A program made the position numbers and the translations under genes. Below are positions 7,704 to 15,905 of a stretch of 32,000 nt of DNA, in pieces. The notes below the pieces were generated by a model. The model was not told where the DNA came from. It saw only the letters and a list, made by a program, of their open reading frames with translations, and searched no databases. This stretch comes from Delftia acidovorans NBRC 14950 (GTDB lineage: Bacteria; Pseudomonadota; Gammaproteobacteria; Burkholderiales; Burkholderiaceae_C). Position 1 is the stretch's first letter, and each line of letters begins with the position of its first letter. The stretch covers positions 150,001 to 182,000 of the forward strand of contig NZ_BCZP01000005.1 in assembly GCF_001598795.1 (NCBI RefSeq), written 5' to 3'.

Positions 7704-9227
7704 TCACGGCAGATGGGGCGCTATCACCTCGGCCAGCAGGCCGAAGCTGTGGCGGATCTCCTGCTCCGTCACGGCTCCGTAGCCCAGCACCAGGCCCCGG
7801 GCCGGATCGGGCCTGAGCGAGTACAGGGACAGCGGCCGCGTGAGAACGCCCAGCTTGCGTGCCTGCCGCGCAATGGCGTCATCGTCCGAGCCGGGCGGCA
7901 GGCCCAGCACCAGGTGCAGCCCCGCGTCTCCGCCCTGCACGGTCACCGCCGTGCCCAGGCGCTGGCCTATCTCGTCGATGAGCACGCGCCGGCGCTCGCC
8001 ATAGACCTGGCGCATGCGGCGGATGTGGTTGACGTAGTGGCCCTGCCGCATGAACTGCGCCAGCACGATCTGCTGCATGATCTGCCCCTCCCGGAACAGC
8101 TCGCTCAGCGCGCGCGCAAAGCTGTCGGCCAGGTCGCTGGGCAGCACGAGGTAGGCCAGCCGCAGCGATGGAAACATGGTCTTGGAGAAGGTGCCCAGGT
8201 AGATCACGCGGCCATGCTCGTCCAGGCCCTGCAGCGCCGGCAGCGGGCGCGAGGTGAAGCGGAACTCGCTGTCGTAGTCGTCCTCGACGATCCAGACCCG
8301 CTGGGCCACCGCGTAGTCCAGCAGCTGGCGCCTTCGGCCATGGCCCATGAGCACGCCGCTGGGGTACTGGTGCGAGGGCGAGATGAACATCAGCCGCGGC
8401 GGTGTCTTCAGTTGCTGCGGCGTGGGCGCCAGGCCCTCGCCGTCCAGCGCGATGGGCTGCAGTTGCAGGCCGGCCATGCGGAACACGCTGCGTGCGCCCC
8501 AGTAGCCGGGGTCCTCCAGCCAGACGGTGTCGCCAGGATCGGCCAGCAGCTGGGAAATCAGGTGCAGCGCCTGCTGGGCGCCGCTGGTCACCAGGATCTG
8601 GTCCGCGCTGCAGGCCACGCCGCGCGTGCCCTGCAAGTGCTCGGCAATGGCTTCGCGCAGCGCGGGATGGCCTGCGCCCGTGGCATAGCTCAGTTGCAGC
8701 GGGTTGTGATCGCGCCAGGCCTGGGCGTGCAGGCGGCTCCATAGCGCGGCCGGAAACTGGCGCAGCTCGGGCACGCCCGGCGCGAAGGCGCCCCACTGCA
8801 GGTGGCTGGCCCGCGCCCCGCTCACGATGGCGCTGCCGCGCCGCGACAGCGGCGTGCCACGGCGGCGCGGCAACGGCGGCTGGCTCACGAAGGCCGGCGC
8901 CACCTCGGCCACATAGGTGCCCCGCCCCACGCCGGCCTGCACCAGGCCCTCCAGCGCCAGTTGCTCATAGACCTGGACGATGGTGTTGCGCGCAATGCCC
9001 AGCGTCTGCGCCAGCTCGCGGCTGGTGGGCAGCCGCGAGCCCGCCGGCAGGGCCTTGCGCAGGATGCCTTCCTTGACGATGCGGTAGAGCTGGCGGTGGT
9101 TATACTCGGCATCGCTACGTTGGAAATGCCGATTGACAAAGTCCGGCAGCGTGGCACTTCCAACGCGGGAAATTGGTTCTCTTTTGTTCACGGTATTTGG
9201 TTCTTTTGTTGGGATCAATGTGAACAT
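7704..9227 (-). CDS. MocR/GabR-family PLP-dependent aminotransferase-like transcriptional regulator
   Basis: GntR-type winged helix-turn-helix (SRLPTSRELAQTLGIARNTIVQVYEQLALEGLV) followed by a fold-type-I aminotransferase domain with the PLP-lysine context LGTFSKTMFPSLRLAYLV. The start is uncertain. I chose ATG 9227; GTG 9299 and the in-frame GTG at 9191 (VNKREP...) are alternatives. The first ~45 codons are unusually AT-rich and contain a direct repeat. Confidence 0.85.
   Translation of the reverse strand: MFTLIPTKEPNTVNKREPISRVGSATLPDFVNRHFQRSDAEYNHRQLYRIVKEGILRKALPAGSRLPTSRELAQTLGIARNTIVQVYEQLALEGLVQAGVGRGTYVAEVAPAFVSQPPLPRRRGTPLSRRGSAIVSGARASHLQWGAFAPGVPELRQFPAALWSRLHAQAWRDHNPLQLSYATGAGHPALREAIAEHLQGTRGVACSADQILVTSGAQQALHLISQLLADPGDTVWLEDPGYWGARSVFRMAGLQLQPIALDGEGLAPTPQQLKTPPRLMFISPSHQYPSGVLMGHGRRRQLLDYAVAQRVWIVEDDYDSEFRFTSRPLPALQGLDEHGRVIYLGTFSKTMFPSLRLAYLVLPSDLADSFARALSELFREGQIMQQIVLAQFMRQGHYVNHIRRMRQVYGERRRVLIDEIGQRLGTAVTVQGGDAGLHLVLGLPPGSDDDAIARQARKLGVLTRPLSLYSLRPDPARGLVLGYGAVTEQEIRHSFGLLAEVIAPHLP
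9173..9210. promoter_or_regulatory. direct repeat TTGGTTCT(CT)TTTGTT x2, candidate MocR operator / promoter element
   Basis: TTGGTTCTCTTTTGTT at 9173-9188 and TTGGTTCTTTTGTT at 9197-9210 are identical apart from a 2 nt indel and are offset by 22-24 bp. They lie in the most AT-rich patch of the window, at the 5' end of the MocR ORF. MocR/GabR-type regulators are known to bind direct repeats. A functional role here is inference only. Confidence 0.3.
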
Positions 9228-9423
9228 AGACTCGCCCCCATGTATAGCTATCGAAGGCGTGAAAGCCGAATATTTTTTCAATGATCCGCCTCCAGACACT
9301 TCAAAGACCTGTGCCTTCCGCCCGGTTCCATTCGCCCCTCAGTCAGCCTATGTCCTTGAAGTTGAAAGCTTTTCGTTGCGGCACCCTGCCGGCCCGGCAA
9401 GCCGCCTGCCAGGAGGTGCAGCC

Positions 9424-10296
9424 ATGAGCACAGCCACCACCTTCGGCATCGCCGGCGTCCAGATGGAGGTTTGCGCCTTCGACAGCAACCTGGAGCGCAT
9501 GGCCGGCTACCTGCGCCACATCCGCTCGCGTTTTCCCTGGGTCCGCATGGTGCTGTTCTCCGAGCTGGCGGCGCTGGGCCCCAAGCACGACAGGGCCGAG
9601 CCGCTGCCCGGCCCCACCGAGGACCGGCTGTGCGGGCTGGCCCGGGAAACCGGCCTGTGGCTGATTCCCGGCTCGCTGTTCGAGAGCGTGGCCGGCCCCG
9701 AGGGCACCGTGGTCTACAACACCACGCCCGTCATCAACCCGCAGGGCGAGGTCGTCACGCGTTTTCGCAAGCTCTTCCCCTTCAGGCCCTATGAGCGCGA
9801 TGTGGCCGGCGGCACCGGCTTTTGCGTGTTCGACGTGCCTGGCGCGGGCCGTTTCGGCGTGTCCATCTGCTACGACATGTGGTTTCCAGAAACCACGCGC
9901 ACGCTGGTGGCCATGGGCGCCGAGGTGATCCTGCACCCCACCATGACGGACACCATCGACCGCGATGTGGAGCTGTGCATCGCACGCGCCTCGGCCGTCA
10001 CCAACCAGGTCTATTTCTTCGATGTGAACGGCGTGGGCGACGGCGGCGTGGGCCGCTCCATCATCGTGGACCCCTCGGGCTACGTGCTCCACCAGGCCGA
10101 CAGCGGCGCCCAGATCATGCCCATCGAGGTCGACTTCGCCCGGCTGCGGCACGAGCGCGAACACGGCCTGCGCAGCAACCTGGGCCAGCCGCTCAAGAGC
10201 TTCCGCGACCGCGACTGCGATTTCACCGTCTACCGCAAGGACGGCACCGACTTCCCCTACCTGCACAGCCTGGGAGCACTGGACAAGCCCCAATGA
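9424..10296 (+). CDS. carbon-nitrogen hydrolase (nitrilase-superfamily amidase)
   Basis: The ATG at 9424 is preceded by AGGAGG. The 290 aa product carries the Glu-Lys-Cys triad contexts LFSELA, RFRKLFPF and VSICYDMWFPE. The longer ORF 9133..10296 is an artefactual 5' extension. Confidence 0.85.
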   Translation: MSTATTFGIAGVQMEVCAFDSNLERMAGYLRHIRSRFPWVRMVLFSELAALGPKHDRAEPLPGPTEDRLCGLARETGLWLIPGSLFESVAGPEGTVVYNTTPVINPQGEVVTRFRKLFPFRPYERDVAGGTGFCVFDVPGAGRFGVSICYDMWFPETTRTLVAMGAEVILHPTMTDTIDRDVELCIARASAVTNQVYFFDVNGVGDGGVGRSIIVDPSGYVLHQADSGAQIMPIEVDFARLRHEREHGLRSNLGQPLKSFRDRDCDFTVYRKDGTDFPYLHSLGALDKPQ

Positions 10297-10387
10297 CCTG
10301 ACACGCCCCTTTTCCCAGCGATCGACATCACGAGCACCACAAAGCCGCAAGCCACCGGGCGATGCGGCAAAAAACCAGGAGACAACG

Positions 10388-13291
10388 ATGACATCCCGCC
10401 CCCCGACCGAAACGCGCGCCCGTGCCTCCCTCAGCCGCCACCGCAGCGTCTGGGAAATGCGTGCCGATGGCTGGATCAGCCTGGTGGACGATCTCAGCCG
10501 GCTGGCCATCCTGGCGCCCGAGCACCTCGAGCGTGCCAGCCGCCTGGCCCATGTGCAGACCATCATCGACGCGCTGGCCCCGGTCGAAAGCTACTGGGCC
10601 TTTCCCGGGGGCCGGGTCTTCGGTGAGCTGTGCCAGTGGATAGAGCGCGAGGAGCTGGCGCGCGCGCACCAGGCGGCGCGGCGCATCCACCGCGTGCTGG
10701 CTGCGCGCACCTACCGCCATGACGCCAACACGCTGGACAACGACAACGAACTGCCCTCGCAGATAGAGACCGACAGCGAGCGCCAGGCGCAGCTGACGCG
10801 GCCTTACTTCGAGGTGCTGATCGTCGACGAGATGTCGGCCAGCGAGGAAGACGCGCTGCGCCGCCGCGTGCAGCGCAAGCGCAGCGCCGACGATGATTTC
10901 GTGTTCGACATCGTGGTGGTGCCCAGCTTCGAGGACGCGCTGATCGCCACCCTGGTCAACTTCAACCTGCAGGCCGTGGTGATACGCCACGGCTTTCCAT
11001 TCCGCTCGGTCAACAGGAACGGCATGCTGCGCCGCTTCCTGGAAGGCATGGACGACAACAGCGAGGCCATGCCCGAGTTCGAGCGCGGCCCGCTGCTGGG
11101 CCGCCAGATCGCGCAGCTGCGCCCCGAGCTGGATCTGTACCTGGTCACCGATGTCAGCGTCGAGGAGATCGCCGCGCGCGTGGGCGAGGTCTTCAAGCGC
11201 ATCTTCTTCGGCGAGGAAGACCACATCGAGCTGTACAGCGCCATCATGAAAGGCGTGGGCGAGCGCCACAGGACGCCCTTCTTCCACGCGCTGCGCGACT
11301 ACGCCAAGCAGCCCACGGGCGTGTTCCACGCGCTGCCGCTGGCGCGCGGCAAGTCCATCATGAACAGCAACTGGATCGGGGACCTGGCCCAGTTCTACGG
11401 CATGAACCTGTTCATGGCCGAGACCTCGGCCACCTCGGGCGGGCTGGACTCGCTGCTGGACCCCGTGGGCCCGCTCAAGCTGGCCCAGGAGTACGCGGCC
11501 CGCGCCTTCGGTGCCAGGCGCACCTACTTCGCCACCAACGGCACCTCCACCTGCAACAAGATCGTGGTGCAGGCCCTGGTGCGGCCCGACGACATCGTGC
11601 TGGTGGACCGCAACTGCCACAAGTCCCACCACTACGGCCTGGTGCTGGCCGGCGCCCAGGTGGCCTACCTGGACTCCTATCCGCTGGACCAGTACTCCAT
11701 GTACGGCGCCGTGCCGCTGCGCCACATCAAGGAGACCCTGCTGGGCTTTCGGCGCGCGGGCACGCTGGAGCGCGTGCGCATGGTGCTGCTGACCAACTGC
11801 ACCTTCGACGGCATCGTCTACGACGTGGAGCGCGTGATGACGGAATACCTGGCCATCAAGCCCGACCTGGTCTTCCTCTGGGACGAGGCCTGGTTCGCCT
11901 TCGCGCGCTGCCATCCCATCTACCGCCCGCGCACGGCCATGGCCAGCGCCGCCAAGCTGTGCGAGACCTTCAAGGACCCGGCCTACGCCAGGCGCCACGC
12001 CGAGTTCGCCGCCAGCATCGACTGGGAGGACGACCAGCAGTTGCTGGAGACCCGGCTGATCCCCGACCCCGCCAAGGCCCGGATCCGGGTCTACGCCACG
12101 CATTCCACGCACAAGACGCTGACGGCGCTGCGCCAGGGCTCGATGATCCATATCTGGGACCAGGACTTCAAGGACAAGGCCGAGGAGTCCTTCCACGAGG
12201 CGTACATGACGCACACCTCGACCTCGCCCAACTACCAGATCCTCGCCTCGCTGGACGTGGGCCGCCGCCAGGTGGAGCTGGAGGGCTACGAGCTGATCCA
12301 GCGTCAGCTGGAGCTGGCCATGAGCCTGCGCGAGCAGGTGCTGCACCACCCACTGCTCAAACGCTACTTCCGCTTCCTGCGCATCGGCGACCTGGTGCCG
12401 CTGGCCTACCGCGAGTCGGGCGTGGACAACTACTACAACGACGAGACGGGCTGGGACAACCTGGAGGTGGCATGGCGCAGCGACGAGTTCGTGCTCGACC
12501 CCAGCCGCGCCACCCTGGTCATCGGCACCACGGGCATGGACGGCGACACCTTCAAGAACAAGGAGTTGATGGACAGGTACGGCATCCAGATCAACAAGAC
12601 CTCGCGCAACACCGTGCTCTTCATGACCAACATCGGCAGCACGCGCTCGGCCATCGCCTACCTGATCGAGGTGCTGATCAAGATTGCCCGCGACGTGGAC
12701 GCCCGCGTGGCCGACCTGAGCGCCATCGAGCGGCGCATCCATGAAAGGCGCGTGCGCTCGCTCACGCTGGAGCAGCCGCCGCTGCCCAATTTCTCCAGCT
12801 TCCACTTCGCCTTCCGGGGCCGCAGCGTCGAAGGCCGCGCAGGCACGCGCGACGGCGACATCCGCAGCGCCTTCTTCCTCTCGTACGACGACACCAACTG
12901 CGAATACATCGACATGGCCGAGGCCGCGTGCGCCATCGCCGAGGGGCGCGAGCTGGTGTCCGCGCTCTTCGTCATCCCCTACCCGCCGGGCTTTCCCATC
13001 CTCGTGCCCGGGCAGGTGATCAGCGCCGAGATCCTGCAGTTCATGGCTGCGCTCGATGTGCGCGAGATCCACGGCTTCCGGCCCGAGCTGGGCTTTCGCA
13101 TCTTCAGCCGGGCCGCGCTGGACCGCGCCGCCCAGGCCACGGCCGCGCGCGCCGCGCTGGCGCTGTCGGGCCGCGCGGCGCAGCCGCAGGCGGGCGACGA
13201 AGGCCTGGGCCTGGTCCGACCCGAGCCCGAACCTGAACTGATCACGCTTTCCCCCACCCCGAAGAAGACCACGACGAGGAGCAAGAAGTGA
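10388..13291 (+). CDS. oversized Orn/Lys/Arg-type (fold type I) PLP-dependent decarboxylase with wing domain, N-terminal extension and low-complexity tail
   Basis: 967 aa, with AGGAGA upstream of the ATG. It has a CheY-like wing (YFEVLIVDEMSASEED...VVIRHGFPF), TPFFHALRDYAKQP, NGTSTCNKIVVQAL and the PLP-lysine motif THSTHKTLTALRQGSMIH. The C-terminus AAQPQAGDEGLGLVRPEPEPELITLSPTPKKTTTRSKK is low complexity. Substrate cannot be called from sequence. Confidence 0.85.
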   Translation: MTSRPPTETRARASLSRHRSVWEMRADGWISLVDDLSRLAILAPEHLERASRLAHVQTIIDALAPVESYWAFPGGRVFGELCQWIEREELARAHQAARRIHRVLAARTYRHDANTLDNDNELPSQIETDSERQAQLTRPYFEVLIVDEMSASEEDALRRRVQRKRSADDDFVFDIVVVPSFEDALIATLVNFNLQAVVIRHGFPFRSVNRNGMLRRFLEGMDDNSEAMPEFERGPLLGRQIAQLRPELDLYLVTDVSVEEIAARVGEVFKRIFFGEEDHIELYSAIMKGVGERHRTPFFHALRDYAKQPTGVFHALPLARGKSIMNSNWIGDLAQFYGMNLFMAETSATSGGLDSLLDPVGPLKLAQEYAARAFGARRTYFATNGTSTCNKIVVQALVRPDDIVLVDRNCHKSHHYGLVLAGAQVAYLDSYPLDQYSMYGAVPLRHIKETLLGFRRAGTLERVRMVLLTNCTFDGIVYDVERVMTEYLAIKPDLVFLWDEAWFAFARCHPIYRPRTAMASAAKLCETFKDPAYARRHAEFAASIDWEDDQQLLETRLIPDPAKARIRVYATHSTHKTLTALRQGSMIHIWDQDFKDKAEESFHEAYMTHTSTSPNYQILASLDVGRRQVELEGYELIQRQLELAMSLREQVLHHPLLKRYFRFLRIGDLVPLAYRESGVDNYYNDETGWDNLEVAWRSDEFVLDPSRATLVIGTTGMDGDTFKNKELMDRYGIQINKTSRNTVLFMTNIGSTRSAIAYLIEVLIKIARDVDARVADLSAIERRIHERRVRSLTLEQPPLPNFSSFHFAFRGRSVEGRAGTRDGDIRSAFFLSYDDTNCEYIDMAEAACAIAEGRELVSALFVIPYPPGFPILVPGQVISAEILQFMAALDVREIHGFRPELGFRIFSRAALDRAAQATAARAALALSGRAAQPQAGDEGLGLVRPEPEPELITLSPTPKKTTTRSKK

Positions 13292-14745
13292 ACAACAAAG
13301 TCAAAAGCGTTGCCGACCTGCTGCTGATGTTCCACCGCAACGAGCGGCCCATCTACTTCATCAGCGCCACCAACTTCAACCTGCTGGGCATGGACCGCTG
13401 GGTCAACCGCTTCCGCTACATCAACTACATCGACTGCTTCGACGGCCGCCACCCCAACGCTTTCGTGCCGCAGGAGCTGCCGCACGAGCCCTTCGAGTCC
13501 ATCGAGGACATCAACAACTATCTGCTGCAGCACAAGGACGTGGTGGACCTGATCGAGCGGCGCGGCGGCAAGCCGGTCGCCACCTTCCTGATGTTCGACG
13601 AGAAGACCGAGGCCCTGGCCCGGGAGCTGGGCATGGAGGTCTGGTTTCCGCCAGCCGCGCTGCGCCAGCGCTGCGACAACAAGATGGAGACCGTGCGCAT
13701 AGGCAACAAGGCCGGCGTCTACTCGGTGCCCAACGCGCTGGAGAAGGTGGACAGCTACGAGCACCTGATGCAGATCGCCGAACGCCACGGCCTGGGCAAG
13801 GACCTGGTGGTGCAGTCGGCCTTCGGCGACTCGGGCCACACCACCTTCTTCATCGCCTCGCGCGAGGACTTCGACAAGCACAAGGACGAGATCGTCAACG
13901 ACCCCGAGGTCAAGATCATGAAGCGCATCAACTGCCGCGGCGCCACGCTGGAGGCCTGCGCCACCCAGTCGGGCACCCTGGTCGGGCCGCTGCTGACCGA
14001 GGTGGTGGGCGCGCGCGAACTCACGCCCTACAAGGGCGGCTGGTGCGGCAACGAGGTGTTCCCGGGCGCCTTCTCCGAGGAGGTGCGCGCCAGGGCGCGC
14101 GACATGGCTGAGCGCTTCGGCAACCAGTTGCTGGCCGAGGGCTACCGCGGCTACTTCGACCTGGACTTCCTGATCGACACCGACACCGGCGAGGTCTACC
14201 TGGGCGAGCTGAACCCGCGCATCTGCGGCGCCAGCCCCATGACCAACCATGCCGCCTTCGCCTACGCCGATGCGCCGCTGTTCCTGTTCCACCTGCTCGA
14301 ATTCTCGGGCGTGCCGTTCGACCTGAACGTCAAGGAGATCAACGAGCGCTGGGCCCAGCCGCATTTCATCGACTCCTGGTCTCAGGTGGTGCTCAAGTTC
14401 AACGAGGACCGCATCGACCAGGTCACGCATGCTCCGGCCACCGGCATCTACCGCATGGGCGAGGACGGCAGCGTCGCCTACCAGCGCTTCGACTACAACC
14501 GCAAGGCCATAGACACCGAGCGCGAGGCCTTCTTCCTGCGCATCACCGGCCCCGGCGACTACCGCTACGAGGGCGCCGACCTGGGCATCCTGATCACGCG
14601 CGGCCGCTCGATGGACGACAACTTCAAGCTCAACATCCGGGCGCGCGACTGGATACGCGGCATCAAGAACTACTACGCAGGCAAGCCCGTCCTGGCCACC
14701 CAGCCCGGCGCAGCACCGGCGCCGGGCTCGTTCAAGATCCTCTGA
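13288..14745 (+). CDS. ATP-grasp domain ligase (uncharacterised subfamily)
   Basis: 485 aa. The GTG start overlaps the decarboxylase stop (GTGA at 13288-13291). ATP-grasp signatures: LVVQSAFGDSGHTTFFI and GYFDLDFLIDTDTGEVYLGELNPRICGAS (the E-x-N Mg/ATP motif). Codon bias is clean. Confidence 0.8.
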   Translation: MNNKVKSVADLLLMFHRNERPIYFISATNFNLLGMDRWVNRFRYINYIDCFDGRHPNAFVPQELPHEPFESIEDINNYLLQHKDVVDLIERRGGKPVATFLMFDEKTEALARELGMEVWFPPAALRQRCDNKMETVRIGNKAGVYSVPNALEKVDSYEHLMQIAERHGLGKDLVVQSAFGDSGHTTFFIASREDFDKHKDEIVNDPEVKIMKRINCRGATLEACATQSGTLVGPLLTEVVGARELTPYKGGWCGNEVFPGAFSEEVRARARDMAERFGNQLLAEGYRGYFDLDFLIDTDTGEVYLGELNPRICGASPMTNHAAFAYADAPLFLFHLLEFSGVPFDLNVKEINERWAQPHFIDSWSQVVLKFNEDRIDQVTHAPATGIYRMGEDGSVAYQRFDYNRKAIDTEREAFFLRITGPGDYRYEGADLGILITRGRSMDDNFKLNIRARDWIRGIKNYYAGKPVLATQPGAAPAPGSFKIL

Positions 14746-14755
14746 AGGCAATCCC

Positions 14756-15766
14756 ATGCCCTTGTCCATGCCTTCCCGCATCCGCTTCCAGGCCATCGCC
14801 GAAGACCTGCCCGGCCGGAAATGGCAGGCCCTGTGCGAGCAGGCCTGGCCCTACTACCGGGCCTGGTTCCTGCGCCAGGGCGCGGTGGCGCGCGCCGGCT
14901 TCCTGGAGTGCCGCCGCGCCCTGCGCCAGCACATGCCGGAACTGGTGCCTACCTGGGAGCGGCTGGTGGAGCTGGCCGGCGGCGGCGACATCGAGGCGCG
15001 CTTCCTGTCGCTGTGGTGCCCGCCGCCCTACATCACCGGCTGCTCCCAGGCCGTCTGGCTCGATGCGGTGGGCCAGCAGGAACCCATGCTGCTGCGCAAC
15101 TACGACTTCGCGCCCGCGCTGCTGGAGGGCCACTGGCTGGCCACGCGCTGGAGCGGGCAGCGCGTGGCCGCCATGGGCGACTGCCTGTGGGGCGCACTGG
15201 ACGGCATGAACGAGTCGGGCCTGGCCGCCTCGCTGTCCTTCGGCGGCCGCACGGCCCATGGCGACGGCTTCGGCATTCCGCTGGTGCTGCGCTATGTGCT
15301 GGAGATTGCGCAGGACACCGCATCGGCCGTGGCCATCCTGCAGCGCGTGCCCGTGCACATGTGCTACAGCGTCACGCTGCTGGACGCCCGGGGCGAATGG
15401 GCCACGGTGTTCCTGAACCCCGACCGCCCCGTGGAAGTGACCCGGCGCCGGGCCGTGACCAACTTCCAGCACACGGTGGAATGGCCCGAGCATGCACGCG
15501 CCACCAGCGCCTGCGAGCGGCTGGCCGCCCTGCAGCAGCAGATCGAAGCCGGCACGCCGGCCAGCGACACGCAGGCCGCGCTGCTGCGCGAGCCCCTGTA
15601 CCAGCCCGCCTGGCGGCGCGGATACGGAACGCTGTACACGGCCGCCTATGCGCCAGGAGCAGGCCGCATCGAGCTGTCGTGGCCGGGCCAGACCTGGCTC
15701 CAGAGCCTGCACGCCTTCGAGGAAGGCCAGCGCGAAATCGCCTACCCGGGCCAGCGCCCGCCGTGA
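14756..15766 (+). CDS. C45-family Ntn hydrolase / acyl-CoA:6-aminopenicillanic-acid acyltransferase-like protein
   Basis: 336 aa, starting 10 bp after the ATP-grasp stop. YITGCSQAVW offers the Gly-Cys autoprocessing and nucleophile site typical of peptidase family C45. The LLRNYDF and GMNESGLA segments fit the family as I remember it. Confidence 0.7.
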   Translation: MPLSMPSRIRFQAIAEDLPGRKWQALCEQAWPYYRAWFLRQGAVARAGFLECRRALRQHMPELVPTWERLVELAGGGDIEARFLSLWCPPPYITGCSQAVWLDAVGQQEPMLLRNYDFAPALLEGHWLATRWSGQRVAAMGDCLWGALDGMNESGLAASLSFGGRTAHGDGFGIPLVLRYVLEIAQDTASAVAILQRVPVHMCYSVTLLDARGEWATVFLNPDRPVEVTRRRAVTNFQHTVEWPEHARATSACERLAALQQQIEAGTPASDTQAALLREPLYQPAWRRGYGTLYTAAYAPGAGRIELSWPGQTWLQSLHAFEEGQREIAYPGQRPP

Positions 15767-15812
15767 GCGGACCCCGCGCGCCAGGCCCCTGCATGCGCCG
15801 GCGCAGGTCCAG

Positions 15813-15870
15813 CCTCTTGCCTCTTGCCTCTTGCCTCTTGCCTCTTGCCTCTTGCCTCTTGCCTCTTGCC
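15813..15870. repeat. perfect heptanucleotide tandem repeat (CCTCTTG) x8 plus CC
   Basis: Counted directly. The units are 15813-19, 20-26, 27-33, 34-40, 41-47, 48-54, 55-61 and 62-68, then CC. The repeat is intergenic, 47 bp after the C45 stop and 36 bp before the symporter ATG. Confidence 0.97.
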
Positions 15871-15905
15871 ACACATACACGACGACTACCAAAGGAGACA
15901 TGGAA

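Noticed and set aside
7683-7706. The stem-loop TGAAGGCG-CCCTGT-CGCCCGTTCA, whose base is formed by the two convergent stop codons (EAL gene and MocR gene), as a bidirectional terminator.
   Set aside because: The stem is short and bulged, and there is no U-tract on either strand. That is insufficient to call a rho-independent terminator.
9133-9423. The 5' extension of the C-N hydrolase ORF (387 aa version) overlapping the MocR 5' end.
   Set aside because: It has no family similarity before MSTATTFGIAGVQ and its composition is AT-rich and atypical. An AGGAGG RBS sits directly before ATG 9424.
15813-15870. The heptamer array as a CRISPR array, a sigma-54 promoter or an anti-Shine-Dalgarno sequestrator.
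   Set aside because: It is not CRISPR: there are no spacers and the units are 7 bp. It has no GG-N10-GC sigma-54 core. Pairing of CCUCUUG with the AAGGAG RBS is imperfect (a mismatch plus a wobble in 6 bp), so I do not claim an anti-SD mechanism.
15492-15905. The 5' extension of the symporter ORF through the heptamer repeat, and the minus-strand peptides containing QEARGKRQEARGKR.
   Set aside because: The repeated peptide is just the 7 bp repeat read in three frames. The region lies between a stop at 15766 and an RBS-supported start at 15906, so I treat it as non-coding.
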